A stretch of 64,000 bases of DNA from Chrysomallon squamiferum (lineage: Eukaryota; Animalia; Mollusca), in contig CM022670.1 of NCBI GenBank assembly GCA_012295275.1, positions 5,952,001 to 6,016,000 on the forward strand. The letters are read 5' to 3'. Below the pieces are notes generated by a model, which saw nothing but the letters and a program-made list of their open reading frames with translations, ran no database searches and was not told the origin of the DNA. Every line of letters begins with the position of its first letter. The first letter of the stretch is position 1. Shown here piece after piece: positions 54,481-64,000 of the stretch. A program made the translations under genes and the position numbers.

Positions 54481-57400
54481 TCAACATGCAGGGAAAACTC
54501 TGCAAAGACAATAAAGATCTATAATTTAAATAATCAGTATTTGCAACTTTCAAACAGCTAATTTGTAATTTATTTTCAATTTACCATTTTTTAACCATAC
54601 AATTTGACAATTAAGAAAAATTATTATGACAAAACTAATCTGAAATAACAAATGAAAGATGTGATAAAAATAATTTTAACAGGTAGTTTTCCCTTCATGT
54701 GATTCCATCTGTGTACTTTGGAAAATACAAGAAAATAATTTAAAATACAAAAATAATTATTTAGAAACACAGATAATAAACTCTTACAAAACGAATCTAG
54801 TACGTAGTGAACATTGAACAAAGTTAACCTTTGAAAATTGGCTGTTGGCTCTGCAATTTTGTGTCGAACCATAAATGTGGCAAGAACATCAGCAACCTGA
54901 AAAACATACAATTCAGTTGGGTAAAAAATACTAATTTAGTAAACTCACATGAATCTTGCTACATTCACCATCTAACAGAAAGGATTTTTATTTTAGTAAA
55001 CTCAGGTGAATCTTGCTACATTCATCTAACAAAAAGGATTTTTATATGTACGTATATTTTTATTTATATTTATTTATTTATTTTATCTGAAGGCTCAATA
55101 AAATACTAATTTTAAAATATTTACTTTATCAGGGCAATCTTCATGCACTGCATGGCCACTCTGTGGTAATACCTGCATCTGGAATTTACCTGGATATAAA
55201 AAGTTACAAAATTCACTAATTTAATTCTTTCAGACATACACACACTCACGTAATACATAAACATACACACACACACACACACACACACGTATATATATAT
55301 ATATATAAAACAGCTGATACAAGATTCTTTAGAAAATAAAATATTAATTTCATTGGAAAGGACAATTCACAAACACCAAAATAACTGCAACATGAAAATA
55401 TCTCTCTGCAGTTATTTTTAATTTTGTACTGAAAAGTAACAATGGTTATACTCACCCTGCATTTGTCCAATAGTTAAATCTTTATCTAGTCTGTCCATAC
55501 CTGAAAATAAACATAAACAACTGAAACACAAATATAATCTAAAGTATGTTATTATTCCTTTTTAAATAATATTTTTCATTATTGTTTGTTTTCTGTTTTA
55601 TTTTTATATATATTTTTTTTTAAATTCTTATGAATTTAATTACAATAATCAATAATTATAAAGATATCCCAGATATATGAACATTCAGAAATTAAAATTA
55701 CATTTTAATTAAGAGATCCTAAGCAAGTCTGCTTTTAACAATATTTTACCTGCGAGAATGAGCAACTTTGGTACATTACAAGACAAAAACTTCTGTGACA
55801 AACCCTGAAACCAATCTGAAACAGAGAAACACACACAAATAACACAGATATATCCTGAGAAACTGTACTTTTTAAAATATATTTTTATTTATTTTCTATT
55901 TAAGATGAGATAATAAAATGGCAGACTAACCTTTCCAGAAACGTTCTGTTTCAGACAGGTTTATCCTCCAGGTGTAACTGTGAGAAACCTGAGAAAAAAT
56001 ATATAAAAAAATCAATCAAATTCCAATAAAAAAACTTTAAAATAAATAAATTAAAATATTTATATTAAGATTGGTGTTTCAGAGTAATAGAAGAAATCTG
56101 TAAAACTGATTTTCAGTGTGGACTGAACACTCACGAATTCAATAATATTACACAGACACCATTATTAGAAATAAATATACTTAAACTGAAATCAAATGAC
56201 TATTCCACAATACACCACCAACATACCTGTCCCTCCAAATACTGACCTGTGATTTACTGCTTTGTTCACCTTTGTCCTCCACTTCATCCCCCTCATTCCC
56301 CACCTCTCCCTCCTCTCCTTCCTCTCCCTCCTCTGGAATACTTGTAGAGGATGTACGCTGAACTTGTTCTAACTCAGATGAGGCCGTCTCATTAGTATCC
56401 ACACTGAAAACAATTTTTATACATTTAATTTTTATAAATCAATTCACTAGGCTGCTAATTAAACACTTTTATTTACTGGTTAAATTATTAATACTATTAC
56501 CAAAAATACTTTCTAAAATATCAGTATAGATTGCTGTGACAATGACTTAACAAAAACTGTGACTGCACACTTTCTGAATATTTAACTGTTTAGCATACAG
56601 ATTAAAATCCTATGGATATGGTGGTTACAAAATAATTGAAAACAAAGAATTTCACTACTAAATGAAGTTTACCATTTCACTTGTCCAACCATGGACACTC
56701 TGGCTGATTCGAGATTTTTTATTTGTCCAGTCCGAACTCTAAAATGAAGAGAGCACAGACACTGACAAGGCTTTAACAAAATACTGTTGTCAGATACTTT
56801 CAAGTATTTGAATATTATATCCTAAAACCAAACTGAACTAATATGTTGGTAGAATGCTGTAATCTTAAGAAACCTTAAACAATGCTTATATTAGACACAG
56901 AGAGATAACCCACAATTACTCAAATGTGTGACAAAACAGTCACAAAAGCAAACCTACAAACTGCTCTTACTAAACTTATTCAGCTTTGTTATACTTAGTA
57001 AATTCATTTTTATTTATTTATTCCATTTTATTATTTTTTTTTTTTTTTAAATCTGAAATTTGGTTGTTCATTTTCCTACATCCATTCTATTGCCTGGTCT
57101 AAAGTTTTGAATGACTTTGGTCTTCCTCGAAGAAAACTCTGCATACTTGTTAGAGCATCCAGTGCTGTGCCTGAAAACATTAATATTAAACAAAATATCA
57201 ATAAGAAATTAAATTTAAATTTTGAAATTATAATAAACATAAAATGTAAAAAGAAAAATAACTATAAATACAGAAAAATAAAAATGAATGAACTAGATAA
57301 ACATGCAACAATGAGTAAATATTTGGCAGACTTGCCATATCTATCAACGTAATTATTTATTATAAATCTTTTTAAATCACAATAAAAAAAAATTAAATTA

Positions 57401-59174
57401 TGAAACACTGGAAACTGTTATTATTAGCTAACAAAAGATGAAACCATACACTGATAAATACACTTACCTTCTACAACATCTATAACACAAAGTCCAACCA
57501 GAGAGGAAATTGAGTCTTTCAGTGCTGTGTTCACTGCAATTGCTCCACCCATACTGTAACAACATAATAAAAACAGCATAGTCACTACAATTAGTACTTC
57601 TACATCTTAAAATTATTATTATTAAAAACCACCTTCCTCAAATTCCCATCAACTTTAATTGGCCATAACATTATAAAGTATTCACATTTAGTTAATAACA
57701 TTAATTTGAGTTAAGAGCATGAAGAGAAAGGATAATTATACTCCTTTAACAAGAAATGTCAGTTTATAGCAGGCAGGTAAAGTAATGCATCAGATTTGAT
57801 CTAGCTTGGATTGGAAATGGATTAAATAAGCAAACGTCATTTCTGAATAGACATGATTTAGTTGTTTGTATTACTCTGTGATTTTTTTTGTTTTGTTTCA
57901 TTTATGCCATGAAAAATAATAACAAAAAACCAAGAATAAACAAAATAATAATTAAAACAAGTGCACAGATCACACACTGAAGGAGAATTTGCTTGCTGTA
58001 GATCACATGCCAAAGTAGTACTGAATTTTTTTATGAATATTAGCAACTGCCAATGTGATAGAGAAATGAATGAGCTATCAAAAAGAAGTGCATGGAGACA
58101 AGAATCTGAAAATGTTCATAATTTGAGACGGGCAAAATATGACTTAAGACCTGACTCAATGTAATGGATCACATTAACAAAAGATCAGGTCCACATGAAC
58201 TTAGGGTGGGTTACAGCTGAATGATACAGAGTCAATATTAGAATTAATTCTGAAAGGTTGTTAAAAAAACTTTAAAAGTATCAACATTGGGCCTTTCATA
58301 TTTGATCAGAATAATATAATGCAATTTATACATGAATAGAGTAATGAAAAAACAGACATACAGACAGACAGAATTAAAACACAATGAAAAACATCCACTT
58401 CACAACAGATCTGAACAATAAATCTGGCATTGGAGACTCAGTCTGTAATGAATATGCTCTACATAACATATTGATAAAGAAAACTGAATAGAAATTTGAT
58501 ACAAAATCTGAATCTCTCACCTGTGACCTACAAGAATGATTTGAGGTGGATTATCTTTATATCGAGCCTGGATCACATCACAGACATCTCTGAAAAATAT
58601 TTACAAATTATATACATAAGTAATAATAAGACTATAAATAAAAAAAGAAATTTCTGTACATTTTCTTCAGTTAATTTGTTCTTCAAACACTTATCTGATC
58701 CTGTGAAAAACTGATGTATTTATTTCACTTTGTAACAATCTGATACAGCATTTTCACAAACAAGAATAAAACAAAATAAATGAATTTTATTAAAATAATA
58801 TTTAAAATGAATAAAAATCATTTAAAAATCATTTTAAAGAAATATGCTGTGTGTAGTATTTATAACTATCACACCTGTAGTTCACAAATCTCAACTAGTA
58901 ACAACACACACGTGTAATTTAAAGTTTAACAGTGATACCTGGCCAGTGTTTCTATGGACAGGTCTTTATCATCTGTGGTTTTCGTATCACCTAAAACAAT
59001 AAACAAGTATATGGAAATAACATCAGACATGAACAGTAACAGGATCAATTCTTCATAGTGCATCCACCACCTGTTTCCTCTTCCAGAAAATGTGAGATAA
59101 TTGTTTAGCAATGAAAAAGAATTTTAGGATTCCTTGACTGATAAAAACAGCACAGAATGGGTTTATTCTCTATA

Positions 59175-59214
<40 letters not shown>

Positions 59215-60795
59215 TGTGTGTGTTTGTGTGTGTGTATATTTAAATATATTTTGAAGCTGAATAAATCTTTGTAAGACTATTTACTAATAATATTATTACT
59301 GCTATTTGTTATTATTATTATTATAGCAATATTTGAAATAAAATTCTTTTTAAAATGTTAACTAACCATGACCTCTAATATCCATGGCAGCACATCTGCA
59401 GGTGACTATGTGTGAAACTGTGGCCTACAAGTGAAAACATTATCAGTTACACAAATATTCCTCATACTGCATATATATAATAAATACATCTTCACACAAC
59501 ACATGCATGATCGTACAGTATTTTATATAAATATAAAATAATGTTTACTGTTCATTACATTTGATAAATGTACATAACTTAATATATAAAATTTAGATTA
59601 GAAACAACACATATACCTACATCATAATAAATCTAACAATTAAATATTAAATAATATTATACACTTACTGATAGAACAGCCCAGGATAGACCTGAAAACC
59701 CTCCCCCATGCAGGAAGAACAAAACTGGGCCTTCAGTTCCACATTCATAAATTCGAAAAGTCTGATTGAATTAAGGAAATTATTATTTTAAAAAATATAC
59801 CACAGGATTTCTGGAGTTAAAAAAGTATTAAAACCAAATCTGATTTAAACCAATTATGATTAAATAAAAGTATTGGTTAATCAACTTAATGTGTATTGAT
59901 TGTTAGAACAATAAATTATAAATGTTTTATTAATTTCAGAATACTACATTTCATTTCAAACTAACATTCAAATTTATTATAAAGTCCAGTACATTTGTAA
60001 GCCTCATTTCGTAATATTATCTGGCTGTAATGTAATTTCAGTTTAAAGATACATTTCCCTTAGTCGTTTGAACATCATGTTTAGTTTCAAAATATTTTTC
60101 CCAATGCACAGGGCTGTAGTCTTTGTTTTTTATTAATAACTTTCTTCCTGTAGCTGCTTTTCTGAAGAAGACGAAAAATAATAAGCTGTCAAATAGTTGA
60201 AATACATGTTTAGAATAAAAACAGTGATCTCAGTTCCATGTTTATACATACTTACAGGATCATACATTTTTTTTTGACAGAAATAATTCATAAATATAAT
60301 ATATATATCTTTTTTAAATTTATTTAATTTAATTTTGTTTTTCTTTCCTTGATATGAATTATTTTAAATTAAAAACATAAATCATATAAATAAAATGCAT
60401 TATACAGCAATCGAATATGAAATAGTTCAAATACCGAATAGACAATCCACCTTTCGGAATTTTCTTGTATCTGTCTGAAATATGGATGCCCTATCATAAA
60501 TAACTATATTTGTCATATAATTAATTTTGAAGACATTTGATCAGTCTCTATAACCAATTAAAATTAAAACGTGACTGAGAAATGATAAACTCTGTATTAT
60601 TGTTTGACTAGCCTCGGAATGTAACTGAGTAATGATGTAAATGACTCTGCCAGTCTCAGTACTTCTGGCAACTGATATAAATTTAATGAATATAGGTTTC
60701 TTGTTCAAATTATAAAATTACAAATTTGATACACACCCTGGTCCAGCTGTCGGGACGGGAGGTAAACCAAACCTATCTCTCGGAAAAGCAGACAT
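54481..60795 (-). CDS. PPME1: Protein phosphatase methylesterase 1 (PME-1), 16 coding exons, 386 aa
   Basis: Minus exons 60795-60737, 60161-60053, 59761-59669, 59424-59367, 58990-58939, 58589-58521, 57553-57468, 57170-57080, 56738-56673, 56403-56247, 55988-55931, 55815-55750, 55500-55456, 55189-55125, 54896-54829, 54499-54481 (1161 nt). Motifs: LHGGG oxyanion, GHSMGG (catalytic Ser), IDVVEG (Asp), GHAVHED (His), acidic insert, DRLDKDLTIGQMQGKFQMQVLP and C-terminal VFPAC. Confidence 0.97.
54933..55045. repeat. ~58-bp tandem duplication in a PPME1 intron
   Basis: TTTAGTAAACTCA..TGAATCTTGCTACATTCA..TCTAACA.AAAGGATTTTTAT occurs twice in tandem. Confidence 0.8.
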
Positions 60796-61190
60796 GATAT
60801 TCTTCGTAAAACTGTCTCGTTAAAATATACAGTTTACATACACATTTATTTTATCGAGACTACTATCTCGGCCGACATACTCCGAGCATTGCCGAATGTG
60901 TATCTTGGAGCACCTGTAATAAAATACAATTTAAAAAACAAGACAATTTTTTTTGGTTTAATCATGTAATTTGTTTTGTGAAAGTCGAATGTATTATACT
61001 GCAGTTTATATCTTTAAAATAAATATGAACGTATTTTCTCGACAAATCTCGTTGCTTTTCAGGTTATAGAAATGGCGGACAAGTTTGGACTAATGTTTGG
61101 TTAGTAACAATGACGCTACAGCACAAATTATACTTCTGTTTACTGTTTTACTGGATTTACCTTTACGTTATGGATTAAAATGTGACAACT
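60796..61190. promoter_or_regulatory. Bidirectional promoter region between PPME1 and C2CD3
   Basis: The divergent start codons are ~395 bp apart. CpG dinucleotides return locally within otherwise CpG-poor flanks. There is a YY1-type AAATGGCGG at 61070-61078. Confidence 0.75.
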
Positions 61191-62637
61191 ATGGTGAAAA
61201 AGAAGACAAAATCTTCGAAAAAGTTAAAGAAACAAGGTATGTTAAATATAAAAATTGCGAAACACATTCAACCATGTTTGTGCATGTTATTTCTTTAGCA
61301 CCGGCAGTTCTGCTGGAACTAAACCAGTTAATAATTTGAAATATCAAATTACTTGTAATCAAATTTAAATTACTTATTTTGGCTGTTGCACTGAATTCCT
61401 TAACCTGTTAATGTAATGTTGTTTATAAATAACATTCTGACAACTTTAACTTACGTTAATTTATGAACAGCTGATAAATTGTTATTTTAAAGCCAAAAAA
61501 TAATGTCAAAAAATACGAAAAACATATACAATATATGTATTGTAAAATAATTTTACGTTCAAAAGTATATCTGTTCAGATAAGGATATACTTAAAATGTA
61601 AGTTATGTGTCATTTAATATCAAGAATTTAGAAATAACTGAAACGAAAGTTGGTATTTCAGTATCAGTTGATAAGAATTGAATTGAGGTTGATATAATGA
61701 CAACCCCAACACGGTCACTTCTCACCTGTTATGTGCACAAAAGTTATAGTTCAGACGTTTATGGGAAAGTGAATTCAGGTGTTGATGGGCTTTTTTCTTT
61801 CTTTTCTGCTTATTTCTTGTTTTTCTTTATTTCTTCTTGAAATTATATGATAAAGTCAGGTCTTTATATGCTAGCCAGAGCAGGTTGTTAAGCAATCCTC
61901 GCCAGATCCTGGATAAAACTTCAATTGATTTTAGCAAGATTTGTTACCTGTAAAATTTAGACGTCTGTGTATACAAACACCGTATCTTTCTCTCTATATA
62001 TAATAAATTTATTTATGCAATAAAATATATAAAATCAACATTTGTCCATCTTTACAATAAGAGGTTGGAGTTTTGTCTTCATATCACTAGTTAATGCCCA
62101 TGCTGTATGGTTTTATACCTGCACCATCATAATACATAATTTGACAGGTGTGTTAGTGTATACTTAGCTATTGTTAAGCAAAGATTCAGGTTTCTATTAC
62201 AAAAGAAAGTAACAAAGGACAAAACCTTGGACTTGTTATATCAGTCACATTTTGTTATTATTATTATTATCATAAGCAATGCCTGTTATCTAAGGATATT
62301 AGTAACAGTGGTCATCTGAGCTTTGATGAATTACATTATACCACAGTCATTCTTTTTTTTTTCCCCTTGTATTGACTGAGGTATAATTCATTCAAAACCA
62401 TCTCAGATTGTTAACACTGTCAACAATCATTAACTATTTTTGTCCTTCAAGAGCACTTTGTTATATATGTATATATATATGTATGTATGTATGTAGGTGT
62501 GTGTCTGTGTGTGTATATATAAATATCAATATGGAATGAAAATTATTTCAGTTAAATAAATTTAAGAAACAATTAAATCATGAATCTGTTAGCTACAATT
62601 TACTAATATTTGGTATTGTCACAATGACTTTCATATG

Positions 62638-62734
<97 letters not shown>

Positions 62735-63534
62735 ATATATATAAATGTATAATTACTGGTAAATATGAAGAAAATGTTCCTCAATAATTAATTACATTGA
62801 TTGTTTTATTTTAAATAAAAGTTTAAATATCTGCAGAAATATTTAAAATAAAATAAAATAAATATTTGAAATAATGTTATTTTAGGTGACCAATGGCTTG
62901 CAGAAGATGTGAAAGTCCACACAGCTCTCCCCCCTCAAGTGGATGGTCAGCTGAGATGTTTCTGCAAAGTTACCGTAGGCCAGATTCTGTGGTTAACTCC
63001 ACTGTGTCCAGATTTGACCCTCATTAGGATTAAATGGTGGGGTGAACATGGCGAGGGATCTGTTTTCAAGTAAGATATCTTTTTGTGTAAATCATTGACT
63101 TATTTTCTTCTTTTTTTTTTTTTTTTCTTACCTTTTTTTTTTTTTTAATTTTTAAAAATGTTTAACCATTATCATTGTTACGTATTCATTTATATTTAAA
63201 ACTTAATTGCTTAGTCTAGCAACTCCTATCCCCAGTAAAGCTAAAAATAGTTGGTATAATCACTAGCAAAGAAGAACAACAAAATAACTTCAATTTAAAC
63301 ATTTCTATTTATTTAATTTTTTTAAAGACCTCTTGATGTGAAGAAAGGTGAGAAGGGTCCATCTCGGACCACTGCCCGCTACCCAGTGAGGTCTGGACCT
63401 CGTCAGTTTGCTGCCTACCTTGACGACATGGGCAGTATGAGTATTGAGGTACTGAGTGGACCGATGTCCATTCCTGTCGGTCAGGCTTTGATCACAGAGA
63501 TAGGACTCTTGTCTAACAGTAGACCAATCAACGG
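61191..63534 (+). CDS. C2CD3: C2 domain-containing protein 3 (centriole/ciliogenesis), first three coding exons; continues beyond the window
   Basis: Exons 61191-61236 (MVKKKTKSSKKLKKQ), 62886-63069 (TALPPQVDGQLRCFCKVTVGQILW...IRIKWWGEHGEGSVF), 63328-~63534 (RTTARYPVRSGPRQFAAYLDDM...PING). These match the C2CD3 N-terminal C2 domain (human LPPLVEGQLRCFLKLTV...RVRWWGE...[22 protein letters not shown]). Phases are consistent. Confidence 0.92.
62640..62732. repeat. (CA)n microsatellite, representative of many CA, AAT and AT microsatellites in the window
   Basis: Pure AC dinucleotide run. Similar runs at 5299-5350, 16993-17060, 34990-35040 and 41945-41997. (AAT)n at 3885-3937, 16204-16266 and 30071-30133. 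Confidence 0.95.
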
Positions 63535-64000
63535 GTCTGTAACATTGGTTATTTTTTTATTTATTTTTTTATGTACCATGATTATAACATTACTTCTTTT
63601 GTAAAACAAAAATCTCAGGTGTTAATTAATAATCATTATGACCAGAAAGACTTTACTTACATTTACTACATCCACAGTGTACTAAGTGTTTAATCTGCTT
63701 ATCACATTACTTAGCACCGAAAATATGTTATAATAAATAATAAAAAAAATTGTTTGGAAGTGTTAATTACACTCAGTTAATAACATCTTCACTGTATGTT
63801 TTATTATTTTAGATTTTTTCCTGTGTTTTCTAAAGAAGAGGAGAAAATTGCAGAAGTCCATGTGTCTATCATGTTGGAGCCTCTTATGGGTAAGTTGGTG
63901 TTTTTGTTTCTGCATGCTTGCATGCACGTGTGTGTGTGAAATTATTTCCTGTATCTTTATGTTTTGTAAAATCAATCAGTCTAAATTTCTGTTTTTGTAA

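Noticed and set aside
60630-60677. Box C/D-like motifs (ATGATG...CTGA) in PPME1 intron 1
   Set aside because: They are on the strand opposite the host transcript, the span is short and there is no terminal stem.

Overview
AT-rich, microsatellite-rich animal genomic DNA with GT-AG introns. It is an invertebrate bilaterian, most likely a mollusc (taxon is inference). By splicing exons manually I can support five protein-coding genes. (1) The 5' five exons of NUDT6, a Nudix hydrolase (minus strand, 10313-16537; the rest is not found and presumably lies left of the window). (2) A complete 8-exon DEG/ENaC/ASIC-family channel (+, 19312-23310, ~500 aa). (3) A complete 14-exon SLC6 glycine-transporter-like gene (+, 38463-51831, 652 aa). 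(4) Complete 16-exon PPME1 (-, 54481-60795, 386 aa). (5) The first three exons of C2CD3 (+, from 61191), head-to-head with PPME1 as in human. The most unusual feature is the 6.5-kb intron 9 of the SLC6 gene. It holds a network of mutually competing complementary elements of docking-site/selector type, including a perfect 17-bp pair and a 15-bp pair with two G.U wobbles. It also holds stop-containing cassette-exon candidates, CpG-retaining hairpins and RBFOX motifs, which together suggest an RNA-structure-controlled poison-exon switch. The window also has several minisatellites, two copies of a TA-flanked MITE, AT-rich palindromes and a sharp CpG-rich to CpG-poor transition near 39 kb. Most ORFs in the supplied track are repeat-derived noise.
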